From an uncultured Clostridium sp. (GTDB lineage Bacteria > Bacillota > Clostridia > TANB77 > CAG-508), in contig CAOJKP010000001.1 in assembly GCA_948438085.1 (NCBI GenBank), positions 29,302-93,301 of the forward strand: a DNA stretch of 64,000 bases, given 5' to 3'. The notes under the pieces are model-generated. The model was not told where the DNA came from. It searched no databases and was given only the letters and a program-made list of their open reading frames with translations. Numbering within the stretch: position 1 is the stretch's first letter; each line of letters starts with the position of its first letter. Positions 39,477 through 49,398 of this stretch are shown one piece after another. Made by a program: the position numbers and the translations under genes.

Positions 39477-40478
39477 GTGGAAAATAATAAAATAGATTTT
39501 GTACTATTATGGGTTGATGATAAAGATATAGAATGGCAAAAAACAAAAAGTGAATATTTATCAGAAGATGTGAACAAAATAACATCAAATAAGTATAGAG
39601 ATTGGGATAATTTGAAATACTGGTTTAGAGGCGTAGAAAAATTTGCGCCATGGGTAAATCAAATTTTTTTTGTAACTTGTAATCAAAAACCAGAATGGTT
39701 AAACGAAAATCATCCAAAACTAAGATTAGTAAATCATAGCGATTTTATGGATAAGGAATGTTTACCAACATTTAATTCTAGTGCGATTGAAATTAATTTA
39801 GGAAAAATAAAAGATTTGTCTGAGCAATTTGTATACTTTAATGATGATATGTTTTTACTAAGAAAAACAAAACCAACAGACTTTTTTGAAAAAGGATTAC
39901 CAAAGGATTGTTATTTTGAATATCCAGATATAACTCCATTTTATGAAGAACAATTTCAACATCTTTTATTAAATAATAAAGGAATTATTAATTCCCATTT
40001 TTCAAAAGCTAAGCAATTAAAAAAGAATTTAGGAAAAAGATATAACATAAAATATGGAATAAAAATTAATTTAATTAATTTTATACTGTCAAAATGGCAT
40101 GAGGGTTATATAGGTTTTTACAATCCGCATTTTTCTCAAGCACACTTAAAATCTACATTTGAAAGGTTGTATGAACTAGAAAAAGAAATATTTGATAATA
40201 CATCTAGACATAGATTTAGAAGTAGTGATGATATTACTCAATATTTAATGAGATATTGGAATTTAGTAGAAGGAAAGTTTATACCAGCTAAAGATATTGG
40301 AAAAAAATATAATATTGGAGAACATATTGAACAAATAAAAAAAGTAATAGAAAATCAAAAATATAAAGTAGCATGTTTTAATGATAATGTTGAAAATATA
40401 GATGTAGATTATTGTAAAAAGGCAGTAATTGATTCATTCGAAAAAATACTTCCTGAAAAATCTATGTTTGAAAAATAG
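39477..40478 (+). CDS. Stealth family polysaccharide phosphotransferase
   Basis: Conserved regions IDFVLLWVD, YRDWDNLKYWFRGVEKFAPWV, PTFNSSAIE, FVYFNDDMF and CFND...LPEKSMFE. Confidence 0.9.
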   Translation: MENNKIDFVLLWVDDKDIEWQKTKSEYLSEDVNKITSNKYRDWDNLKYWFRGVEKFAPWVNQIFFVTCNQKPEWLNENHPKLRLVNHSDFMDKECLPTFNSSAIEINLGKIKDLSEQFVYFNDDMFLLRKTKPTDFFEKGLPKDCYFEYPDITPFYEEQFQHLLLNNKGIINSHFSKAKQLKKNLGKRYNIKYGIKINLINFILSKWHEGYIGFYNPHFSQAHLKSTFERLYELEKEIFDNTSRHRFRSSDDITQYLMRYWNLVEGKFIPAKDIGKKYNIGEHIEQIKKVIENQKYKVACFNDNVENIDVDYCKKAVIDSFEKILPEKSMFEK

Positions 40479-40522
40479 CTATATAAATACATATATTTAA
40501 TTAGCGTACAAGGAGGATTATA

Positions 40523-41407
40523 GTGGAAAGAAATGAAATAAAATTCAGTGTAATTATAGTTGCATATAATATAGAAAAATATATAGAAGAAGCAATAAAA
40601 AGTGTATTAAATCAAAGTTATGATGATTATGAAATAATTATTATAGATGATTGCTCAGAAGATAACACACAAGAAGTAATAAATAAATATAGTTCTAATG
40701 AAAAAGTAAGAATATATAAAACAAAGAAAAATACAGGAACAGCAGGAGGTCCAAGAAATTTAGGAATCAAATATGCCCAAGGAGAATATATTTTATTTTT
40801 AGATGGAGACGATAAGCTATATAATGAAAATGTTTTACTAAATATAAGTAATTTAATTGGAAATAATGAATATGATTTATTATATTTAAGTTATCAAGAT
40901 TTAGGAAATAAAAATGAATTAAGGATCTCAAATGAACAAAATACAACAAAAGAAGCTAGGATTATATGTGATGTTAGTTTTTCTGTTTCTAGTAGGTGTT
41001 GGAATAAAAAATTCCTAATTGATAATGATATTAAATTTATAGAAGGAATGTACTATGAAGACGAAGTATTCTGTATGAAAGCGAATGTATTAGCTAAAGA
41101 AACAACATATGGAGAATTTCCTATTTTTAATTATAGAAGAAATAGAAAAGGAAGTGTAATGTCAACACCAACTATAAAAAAATGTTCAGATTGGTATAGA
41201 ATGCTTGGAGAATTGATAGATTTAATAAACATTACACCAAAACAATATAGAAATCAATTATTAAGCTTTATAAAAAATGAAAGTGATAGTTTACCAATAA
41301 GAGTAAAATCCATTTTAACAGCATTAGAAAATGATAACGGTATTCCTGTATTTCCTAGAAGGAATTATAAATATATAGATTTTATGGGGGACAAGTTTGA
41401 AAACTAG
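40523..41407 (+). CDS. Glycosyltransferase family 2
   Basis: FSVIIVAYN, IIIDDCSED, RNLGI, FLDGDD and YYEDE motifs. Confidence 0.92.
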   Translation: MERNEIKFSVIIVAYNIEKYIEEAIKSVLNQSYDDYEIIIIDDCSEDNTQEVINKYSSNEKVRIYKTKKNTGTAGGPRNLGIKYAQGEYILFLDGDDKLYNENVLLNISNLIGNNEYDLLYLSYQDLGNKNELRISNEQNTTKEARIICDVSFSVSSRCWNKKFLIDNDIKFIEGMYYEDEVFCMKANVLAKETTYGEFPIFNYRRNRKGSVMSTPTIKKCSDWYRMLGELIDLINITPKQYRNQLLSFIKNESDSLPIRVKSILTALENDNGIPVFPRRNYKYIDFMGDKFEN

Positions 41408-42005
41408 AATTATAATTGTTAGACATGCAGAAACTATAGGAAATATAGAAAAAAGATTAACAGGTAGAAATGATTATGAATTAACTCCAAAAGGAGAAGA
41501 TTCAACAAAGGCATTATTTGAAGAATTAAAAAATATAAAGTTTGATATTGCATATGCTAGTACAGAAGATAGAACTACAAAAACTATCATTAAAATAGTA
41601 AAATATAACAAGATAGAGATTATTAAATTAAAAGAATTGTCAGAAATGTATTTTGGAATATATGATGGTTGGAAATGGGAAGATGTTAACAAAATAAATC
41701 CTAATATAAAAAAAACACAAGAGAAGATAAATTCTATAGAAGGAATACCAGAACAAGAATCAATGAAAGATGTTGCTAGAAGAATGTTGAAATGTATAAA
41801 AAGAATTGTTGAAGAAAATGAAGGAAAAACAATTTTAATTGCATCACATGGAGTTGCTATTGAAGCATTAATAAGAGAAATTACTGATGTTCCATTTTCA
41901 GAAGAAAGAGAAAAATATTGTCAACACAACTGTGCAATAAATGAATTGATATTTGAAAATAGTAAATTTAATATAATAAGATTAGCAGATATAAGTTATT
42001 TATGA
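41397..42005 (+). CDS. Histidine phosphatase (phosphoglycerate mutase) family protein
   Basis: RHAET (variant of RHG), LSEMYFG.YDG, ES and SHG motifs. Confidence 0.88.
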   Translation: MKTRIIIVRHAETIGNIEKRLTGRNDYELTPKGEDSTKALFEELKNIKFDIAYASTEDRTTKTIIKIVKYNKIEIIKLKELSEMYFGIYDGWKWEDVNKINPNIKKTQEKINSIEGIPEQESMKDVARRMLKCIKRIVEENEGKTILIASHGVAIEALIREITDVPFSEEREKYCQHNCAINELIFENSKFNIIRLADISYL

Positions 42006-42007
42006 AA

Positions 42008-42060
42008 TAAGAAGAAAAGAAATATATAAAAAAGTAAGTATATATTTCTTTTCTTCTTAT
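42008..42060 (+). terminator. Long hairpin terminator
   Basis: ATAAGAAGAAAAGAAATATATA...TATATATTTCTTTTCTTCTTAT. Confidence 0.75.
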
Positions 42061-42268
42061 AATGATTAAAAAGGTTAGAACTATCTGTAAGAGCATTTTT
42101 TAAGAGCATTTAACAATGGGGCAGTCGCACGAAGTATGACTGGGAGTCCTTTTAAAAAATTATAATTTCAGTAGTAAAAATTAAATAAAAATTTTTAAAA
42201 TTTAGATTGAAAAAATATGAAAAATATGGTAAAATTAAAAGGTAAAAAATTTTTTAGGAGGATTATTT

Positions 42269-43171
42269 ATGAAAAAAGTTCTAAAATTAACATCAATTGT
42301 ACTAATGATAATTATATTAACTGGTATAATAATAAGTACAAGTGCATATGCAGTTGAAGGATGCGATATTGAATTAAAGTCAACAAAAACACAAGTACAA
42401 AAACAAGAAGAATTTACAGTAAATGTTAACATAGCAAATATCAATTCTGAAAGAGGAATTATTTCATTGTCTGGAGTAATAGAATATGATAAGACAAGCT
42501 TAACATTAATAAAAATGGAAGGTAAAAATGGATGGGAAAATCCAACAAAAGATGTATCATATAATGAAAGCAATGGAAAATTTGCAATTGTTAGAGAGGC
42601 TGTTAATAAAAACAATGAAACAGTTTTTTCAATGACATTTAAGGTAAACGAATCTGCTACAGAAAACATGAATATTAAAATAAATGATATTGGTGTAGCT
42701 GATGGTGACAAATTATTCAAAATTAGCAAAGCAGAAACTAATGTTACTTTAACACAAGAACAAACACCAGATGAAGAATATATTACATCTACTAAATATG
42801 TTGTAGGAGATACAGATATATCAAAAGTTAATCCTAACACAAAATTTAGTGAATTTAAAAACAACATAGAAGCAAACTGCGATGTAGTTCTTACAGATAA
42901 ATCTGGAAATGTTCTAGGAGATAATACTATCGTTGCAACAGGAATGATAGTAAAAGGAGGAACAACTTTAGAATATACATTAATAGTTACTGGAGATATC
43001 AATGAAAATGGAGAAGTTGATGCAACAGACCTTGGTAAAGCAAAATTACATGTTATTGAATATGAAAATTTAATAGGAATTTATCATAAGGCAGCAGATA
43101 TGGACTTTAATAACAAAATTGATGTAAATGATGTTGCAAAAATTAAATTAGTATTAATTGGATTAGAATAA
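42269..43171 (+). CDS. Secreted cohesin-like plus dockerin adaptor protein
   Basis: Signal peptide; EFTVNVNI...GIISLSGVIEYDKTSL...FSMTFKV; dockerin GDINENGEVDATD / ADMDFNNKIDVND. Same architecture as the 13992 gene. Confidence 0.75.
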   Translation: MKKVLKLTSIVLMIIILTGIIISTSAYAVEGCDIELKSTKTQVQKQEEFTVNVNIANINSERGIISLSGVIEYDKTSLTLIKMEGKNGWENPTKDVSYNESNGKFAIVREAVNKNNETVFSMTFKVNESATENMNIKINDIGVADGDKLFKISKAETNVTLTQEQTPDEEYITSTKYVVGDTDISKVNPNTKFSEFKNNIEANCDVVLTDKSGNVLGDNTIVATGMIVKGGTTLEYTLIVTGDINENGEVDATDLGKAKLHVIEYENLIGIYHKAADMDFNNKIDVNDVAKIKLVLIGLE

Positions 43172-43253
43172 TATATATTAAAAAAATGTTTATATTTTTA
43201 TATAAACATTTTTTTTTTACTGTTTTATTATTCGAAGAAGTAATACAACACAT

Positions 43254-43281
43254 GTAGGGACTGCCTTTGGCAGTCCGTTCT
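43254..43281 (+). repeat. GTAG-type REP-like palindrome
   Basis: GTAGGGACTGCCTTTGGCAGTCCGTTCT. Confidence 0.75.
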
Positions 43282-43468
43282 ATATAGGAATTTCCAAACA
43301 ATATAACCATTAATTATATTTAAATAAAAAATCTATGAAATTTTTTGTTTGTGTAAAAAATATGTATATAAACATTTTTTAAATTTTAAAAATGGTAAAA
43401 AAATGCTACATAATTAAAATAAAAGATAACATAATAAAATTACAAACAAAAAAAGGAGGAAAAATTTT

Positions 43469-44515
43469 ATGAAAAAAATTATTAGTATTTTTACTATTTT
43501 AACAATTATAGCAATTGCTATTTTTAGTACAAATGTATTTGCAGCAGCACTAGATACTATTGATGTAAAAGTTGATAAAACAACAGTTAGACCAGAAGAA
43601 GAAGTAAAATTAACAGTTGAATTCGGACAACCTTTAGGAGCATATACATTTGATATTTCTTATGATAATAAAATATTTGATTATGTAAGCGCAGAAGGTG
43701 GAACAGCAAATGATACTGGGGATAAAATAAAAGTAGTATATCATGATCAGGCAGGTGGAACAAACCCACGAAGCAATATGAGTGTAATATTTAAAGCAAA
43801 AGAAGGAATAACTACTTCAAATCCAACAGAACTTACAGTTACAGCAGAAGGCTTAGCAAATGCAGATGCATCTGTAACATATGATGATATTACAACACCT
43901 ATTGTAAAAAATATAACAGTTGAGCCAGAATATGTAGATTATAAATTAAAATTAGATTATGAAGGAGAAATAGTAAAAGATGTTGAAAAAGCAATGACTA
44001 TTTCGTATTCTTCTAGCATGGGACGTTATTATGATCATGCAAGATTAATAGCAGAAGCAACTACACCTGAAGGTGGAACAGTAAAACTACTTGCTACCGA
44101 TAAAGCTAGATTAGAACATGATATTATACAAAGTGGATGGGGAGATGCCCAAGGTTATGCAATAGGAGGAAAAAATGTATCTCAAGTATTACAAACAAAA
44201 GCAATGTTTAGTAAAGAAGGACAATATAATATAACTTTAAAGTTAATAGATAGAGATAATTCTGATAGTGTAATTGCAGAGCAATCATTCCAATTTGATG
44301 TTAAAGAAACAGCAACTCCAATAACACCAGAAACTCCAGAAGAAAAACCAGAAGAGAAGCCAGAAGAAAAACCAGAACAAACTCCATCTGAGGAAACAGA
44401 AAAAGAAACACCAAAACAACTACCAAAAACAGGGAACAATATATATGTTCCAGTAGCAACATTAGCAGTTTTGTTAATTAGTATATATGCAGTTTTAAAT
44501 AAGAAAAGAAAGTAA
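43469..44515 (+). CDS. Sortase-anchored cohesin-like protein (LPKTG)
   Basis: Signal peptide, LGAYTFDISYDNKIFDYVS cohesin-like strand pattern, PEEK linker, and LPKTG + TM + KKRK. Confidence 0.75.
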   Translation: MKKIISIFTILTIIAIAIFSTNVFAAALDTIDVKVDKTTVRPEEEVKLTVEFGQPLGAYTFDISYDNKIFDYVSAEGGTANDTGDKIKVVYHDQAGGTNPRSNMSVIFKAKEGITTSNPTELTVTAEGLANADASVTYDDITTPIVKNITVEPEYVDYKLKLDYEGEIVKDVEKAMTISYSSSMGRYYDHARLIAEATTPEGGTVKLLATDKARLEHDIIQSGWGDAQGYAIGGKNVSQVLQTKAMFSKEGQYNITLKLIDRDNSDSVIAEQSFQFDVKETATPITPETPEEKPEEKPEEKPEQTPSEETEKETPKQLPKTGNNIYVPVATLAVLLISIYAVLNKKRK

Positions 44516-44570
44516 TGGATAATAAGATTGTTTTGTTAAAAACAATCTTATTACATAAAAGGAGTTTTAT

Positions 44571-45197
44571 ATGAAAAACAAAATGAAAAGAATTTTCAAT
44601 ATAACTTTATTAGCTTTAATTTGGGTTATTATAATGTGGTTGGTTATGAAGCAGTTTAAAGAATCAACTATAGAAAATAGACAAACAGAATATGAAACAC
44701 AAAATCTTAGTAGCAATTATAATGAAGCAGTAATTGAAAATAACATAGAAAATCAAATTAATAAAGAATATGAAAAAGAAGAAGTAATAACAAAATATAA
44801 AGGGTATGATGTAATAGCCAAAATGGAAGTTCCAAAAATAAAACTTAAAACATATATACTAAAACAGTGTACTAATGAATCGCTTAATAAAGCAGTTGCA
44901 AAATTTTGGGGAGGAAATCCCAATGAAGTTGGAAATTTATGTGTAGCAGGACATAATGCACCAAGGAATTCTAATATGTTTTATAAATTGAAGCAATTGA
45001 AAATAGGTGATGAATTTACAATTTCTGATAATACAGTCGGAAAAGTTGAATATGAAATATACGATATTTATACAGTATTGCCAAATGATGTAAGTTGCAT
45101 ATCCCAAAATACACAAGGGAAAAAAGAAGTAACATTAATTACCTGTACTAATAGCTCTACAAAAAGGTTTATTGTAAAAGCAATGGAGAAAATGTAA
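44571..45197 (+). CDS. Sortase
   Basis: N-terminal TM helix, GNLCVAGHN, TLITC and a downstream Arg give the His-Cys-Arg triad. Confidence 0.9.
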   Translation: MKNKMKRIFNITLLALIWVIIMWLVMKQFKESTIENRQTEYETQNLSSNYNEAVIENNIENQINKEYEKEEVITKYKGYDVIAKMEVPKIKLKTYILKQCTNESLNKAVAKFWGGNPNEVGNLCVAGHNAPRNSNMFYKLKQLKIGDEFTISDNTVGKVEYEIYDIYTVLPNDVSCISQNTQGKKEVTLITCTNSSTKRFIVKAMEKM

Positions 45198-45226
45198 AAA
45201 TATTATAAAATCTAATGGAGATTTAT

Positions 45227-47476
45227 ATGAAAATAAAGAAAAAATATATTTTTTTTGGTATTTTAATTATAACAATATTATTAACTATAACTATATATTT
45301 AGGTGTACAAGCCTCTAACATAACGCAAGGTATAGAAAGTTTTCCCAATTCATATCAAGCATATTTAAAAGAGATAGTAAAAAAACATCCTAATTGGCAG
45401 TTTAAAGCATTATACACAAATTTAGATTGGAATTATGTTATTAGCGAAGAAAATATATATGGAAAAAATTTAGTACCTAAAAATTATTCAGATAATTGGA
45501 AAAATACAACACCTGGACAATATAACGTAGAAGTAGATAAAGGATGGGTGGATTGTTCTAAAAGAGCAATCGAATATTGTATGGATCCTAGAAATTTTTT
45601 AAATGAAGCTCGTATATTTCAATTTGAAACATTATCATATGATGAATATAGTAATAATTTAGAAAGCATAGAAAAAATATTATATGGAACCGAATTTTAT
45701 AATACAAGAGTAAGTTATTTAGATATATATGGTAATACAATTAATATGAGCCAAAGGTATTCAGAGTTGATTTTATCAGCAGGACAATCGTCAAGAGTTA
45801 GTCCATATCATTTAGCATCTAGAATTAAACAGGAAGTAGGACCATTTTTGTCACATAGTTCAATTAGTGGAAATGTAGAAGGATATAAAGGATTATATAA
45901 TTTTTATAATATAGGAGCAACAAGTTCATCTGAACCAATGGGAGCAATAAAAAAGGGATTGCAATATGCAAAAGATGGAAAGGGTGCATCACAGCAAATA
46001 AAAGACAAATATATAATACCATGGGATACAAAACAAAAAGCCATAACAGGTGGAGCAATTTTTATTGGATCTAGTTATATAAATGTTGGACAAAATACAA
46101 TATATTTACAAAAGTTTGATGTTAATGATCAAAGAAGTAATAATTTATTTTCACATCAATACATGACAAATGTTTTAGCACCTTATAGTGAGGCAAAATC
46201 TATTTATAATGGTTATAAAAGAAGTGGAATATTGGATACACCAATGACATTTATTATACCAGTATATGAAAATATGCCAAATATTCCTACACATAGTCCC
46301 AATATCAATGATTTTGATTTTATTTATGAAAATAAAAAAGTATGTTCTACAGCTTCAAATTTAAATATTAGAACAGGACCTTCAACATCTTATGAAATAA
46401 TAACATCTGTTGATAAAGAAGCAATAATGACAAGAATATATAAAGGAAATCAGCCAGGAGAAAGATGGGATAAAGTAATATTAGAAAATGGAATAGTAGG
46501 ATTTGTGTATCAATCTTACGTAAGTGATAAAATAATTCAAATAGAAGAAATTAAATTAAATATAAATAGAACTACTTTAAATAAAGGAGAACAGGAAAAA
46601 TTACAAGTAACTATTTTTCCACCAGAAGCAAATAAAAATAAAATTCAATATATATCAAGTAATCCTAAAGTAGCAGTAGTTGATGAAAATGGAAATATAA
46701 AGGCAATTAGTTCTGGCAAGACTATTATAACAGTTAAATCAAAAGAAAATGATGTAAGAAATCAAATTGAAATAACGGTATATAGTCCAGTTACAGATAT
46801 TTTATTAGAAGATAATGAATTATATATGATTGTAGGAGAAAAATCAAAAATAAATACAATTGTTAAACCAACTGATGCAAATAATAAAACTATAAAATAC
46901 AATAATACTAATGAAGAAATTATACAAGTTGAAGAAGATGGAACAATCACAGCTATAAAACAAGGGCAAGCAAAAATTATTATAAGTTCTGATGATAATT
47001 CAAATATAAAATCAGAGTGTGTAGTAAATGTAGTAGAATTCTCTAATGAAGATATTATCTTTGATGAAACATTAACTGTAGATGGGTTAAATATTAGTAA
47101 AATAGATTATAACGAAAATACAGTAGAAGATATAATTAAAAAAATTAAAACAAGCTTAACTGTAAGAATTGTGGATTATAATAATAAAGAATTAAAACTT
47201 ACAGATAATGTTGGAACAGGTTGTAAAGTACAAATAGAAAAAAATGGAAAAATTATAAGGCAATATAAAATTATTATATATGGTGATGCTTCAGGAGATG
47301 GAAAAATAAATAGTATTGACTTACTTTTAATACAAAGATATATATTAGGATTAGATCAATTATTACCAATATATTTAAAGGCAAGTAATATAAATAAAGA
47401 TGGAAGGAAACCAACATCTATTGATTTATTATTAATACAAAGGCACATTCTAGGATTTCAAGAAATAAAACAGTAA
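45227..47476 (+). CDS. Putative cell-wall hydrolase (glucosaminidase-like) with SH3b, two Big_2 domains and dockerin
   Basis: YCMDPRNFL, SPYHLASRIKQE, YNFYNIGA, GQNTIYLQKF and HQYMTN; SH3 LNIRTGPS; dockerin GDASGDGKINSIDLL. Confidence 0.75.
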   Translation: MKIKKKYIFFGILIITILLTITIYLGVQASNITQGIESFPNSYQAYLKEIVKKHPNWQFKALYTNLDWNYVISEENIYGKNLVPKNYSDNWKNTTPGQYNVEVDKGWVDCSKRAIEYCMDPRNFLNEARIFQFETLSYDEYSNNLESIEKILYGTEFYNTRVSYLDIYGNTINMSQRYSELILSAGQSSRVSPYHLASRIKQEVGPFLSHSSISGNVEGYKGLYNFYNIGATSSSEPMGAIKKGLQYAKDGKGASQQIKDKYIIPWDTKQKAITGGAIFIGSSYINVGQNTIYLQKFDVNDQRSNNLFSHQYMTNVLAPYSEAKSIYNGYKRSGILDTPMTFIIPVYENMPNIPTHSPNINDFDFIYENKKVCSTASNLNIRTGPSTSYEIITSVDKEAIMTRIYKGNQPGERWDKVILENGIVGFVYQSYVSDKIIQIEEIKLNINRTTLNKGEQEKLQVTIFPPEANKNKIQYISSNPKVAVVDENGNIKAISSGKTIITVKSKENDVRNQIEITVYSPVTDILLEDNELYMIVGEKSKINTIVKPTDANNKTIKYNNTNEEIIQVEEDGTITAIKQGQAKIIISSDDNSNIKSECVVNVVEFSNEDIIFDETLTVDGLNISKIDYNENTVEDIIKKIKTSLTVRIVDYNNKELKLTDNVGTGCKVQIEKNGKIIRQYKIIIYGDASGDGKINSIDLLLIQRYILGLDQLLPIYLKASNINKDGRKPTSIDLLLIQRHILGFQEIKQ

Positions 47477-47489
47477 AAATGGAGGAGTT

Positions 47490-48323
47490 ATGAAAAAGAG
47501 AATAATTATATTAAGTATAATATTTATAATAATGCATTTCTTTGTATATGTTTGCTATGCACAAAATGAATCAAGTACAGACTTAAAAATATTAAGGCTA
47601 GATATAGAGGGAATGGAACCAGTATTTCAAAAGGATGTATATGAATATTATTTAATTATACCAACATATATTGAAAATATTGAAATAACAGCAATTCCAG
47701 AAAACCCACAATGTGATGTATTAATAACTGGAAATACCAATATAAAAGAAGGACTAAATGTTATAAATATAGAAGTAATATTAAAAGATAAAAGCAAAAA
47801 AAATATATATACTATTAATGTAACAAAAACAGATGATAAATTAGCTGCAAATACTAATTTAGAAATATTAGCAATAAAAGATGAATTAATATCTCCTCCA
47901 TTTGATTCATCTATAACAAACTATAAAGTTGAAATATCTAATAATATAACTAGCTTGAATGTTTTAGCAATTCCAGAAAATGAAGAGTCAAAAGTAATAA
48001 TTCAAGGAAAAGAAAATTTGAAAATAGGAAGTAACTTAATAACAGTAAAAGTAACAGCACCAAATGGATTTACTAAAAAAGAATATAAGATTGATGTAAT
48101 AAGAAGAAATCAGCAAGAAGAAATAGAAAATATACAAGAATCAGAAAAAATGGAAGAAAAATTAGAAAATGCATATAAAATTGAAAGAACAAGTATTGTT
48201 AAAGAACAAGGTTATAAAAGTCAAAATAAAGAAGACACCTATATAATAGTTGGTGTGATAATATTTGTGATAACTACAACTATAGTTTTATTAAAAAAAA
48301 AGAACAAAAACGGACATAAATGA
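47490..48323 (+). CDS. Membrane-anchored protein with two cadherin-like beta-sandwich domains
   Basis: Signal peptide, a duplicated PxF...Y...AIPEN...V.I.G..N.K.G.N.I.V unit, and a C-terminal TM + poly-Lys. Confidence 0.7.
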   Translation: MKKRIIILSIIFIIMHFFVYVCYAQNESSTDLKILRLDIEGMEPVFQKDVYEYYLIIPTYIENIEITAIPENPQCDVLITGNTNIKEGLNVINIEVILKDKSKKNIYTINVTKTDDKLAANTNLEILAIKDELISPPFDSSITNYKVEISNNITSLNVLAIPENEESKVIIQGKENLKIGSNLITVKVTAPNGFTKKEYKIDVIRRNQQEEIENIQESEKMEEKLENAYKIERTSIVKEQGYKSQNKEDTYIIVGVIIFVITTTIVLLKKKNKNGHK

Positions 48324-48525
48324 CATTTGCCATATTTAAAACATTCTATAGGAAGTTTAGAGAACTTTAATATAATATAAATAATATTAAACATTATTAA
48401 AATATTTTTACAAATATTACAAATATATTTTATTTCTAAAAGGGTATTTACTATTTATGTAAAATATGGTAGAATAATTTAAGATGTTGTAAATAAATAT
48501 AAATAAAATTTATAGGAGGAGTTTT

Positions 48526-49209
48526 ATGAAAAAAATATTAACAATAGGTGTGTCAATGTTAATTATATGTATGTTTATGGTTGGAAATATATATGCAATG
48601 AATTGCAAGGTTAATTTACAAACAGTAAAAACTGAGTTTGCAAAAGGAGAGGAATTCAGTGTTGATTTATATGTATCTGATATAGAATCAGAAAGAGGAG
48701 TTATAGCACTAACAGCAACATTAGACTATGATAAAACAGGGCTAACATTAGTAAAAATGGAAGGATTAAATGGTTGGGAAGCACCAGCAGAGGGAGCTAC
48801 TTATAATTCTCAAAATGGTAAAATTGCAATAACAAGAAGTGGATTAGGAAAAGATAATGAAGTTATTTTCAGAATGACATTTAAAGTAAATGAAAATGCT
48901 ACAATTAATCCTACAGTTTCATTAAAAAATATTAGTATAACAGATGCTGATATACCAGCAACATTTTCTGAAATAAAAAAAGAAATAAAATTAAAACAAA
49001 CACAAACTACACCAACAAATCCAAGCGACAATCCATTACCAAATAATCCAAATCAAGGTTCAACATCAAATACCAATAAACCAAATAGCAATGTTCCTGC
49101 AAATAAAATACCACAAACAGGAGTTAATAATGTACCATTAATAATTTCAATAGTAGCAGTAACAGCAATAGCAGTATATTTTGGAATACATATAAAATTA
49201 TCTAAATAA
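48526..49209 (+). CDS. Sortase-anchored cohesin-like protein (IPQTG)
   Basis: Its cohesin-like domain is very similar to the 42269 N-terminus (SERGVIALTATLDYDKTGLTLVKMEG.NGWE). It has an N/P linker and IPQTG + TM. Confidence 0.78.
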   Translation: MKKILTIGVSMLIICMFMVGNIYAMNCKVNLQTVKTEFAKGEEFSVDLYVSDIESERGVIALTATLDYDKTGLTLVKMEGLNGWEAPAEGATYNSQNGKIAITRSGLGKDNEVIFRMTFKVNENATINPTVSLKNISITDADIPATFSEIKKEIKLKQTQTTPTNPSDNPLPNNPNQGSTSNTNKPNSNVPANKIPQTGVNNVPLIISIVAVTAIAVYFGIHIKLSK

Positions 49210-49217
49210 AAAATAAA

Positions 49218-49260
49218 AATTAAAAGCGAAAAGATTTTTAAAATCTTTTCGCTTTTAATT
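49218..49260 (+). terminator. Palindromic terminator
   Basis: AATTAAAAGCGAAAAGATTT...AAATCTTTTCGCTTTTAATT. Confidence 0.8.
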
Positions 49261-49398
49261 GTATAGGAAAAATTGATAATAAAATATATTATGATGAATA
49301 TATTTTATTATAACTAATTAAAAAATAAGAAAAAAATATATACAAAAAATAGATTTAGTTATATAATAAGTTTGAAAAATGTGTCGGAGGGAAAATGA

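Noticed and set aside
42085-42150. Possible riboswitch or ncRNA (TAAGAGCATTT duplicate and CAGTC...GACTG hairpin)
   Set aside because: I recognised no family consensus, and it lies upstream of the predicted promoter of the next gene; evidence is insufficient.
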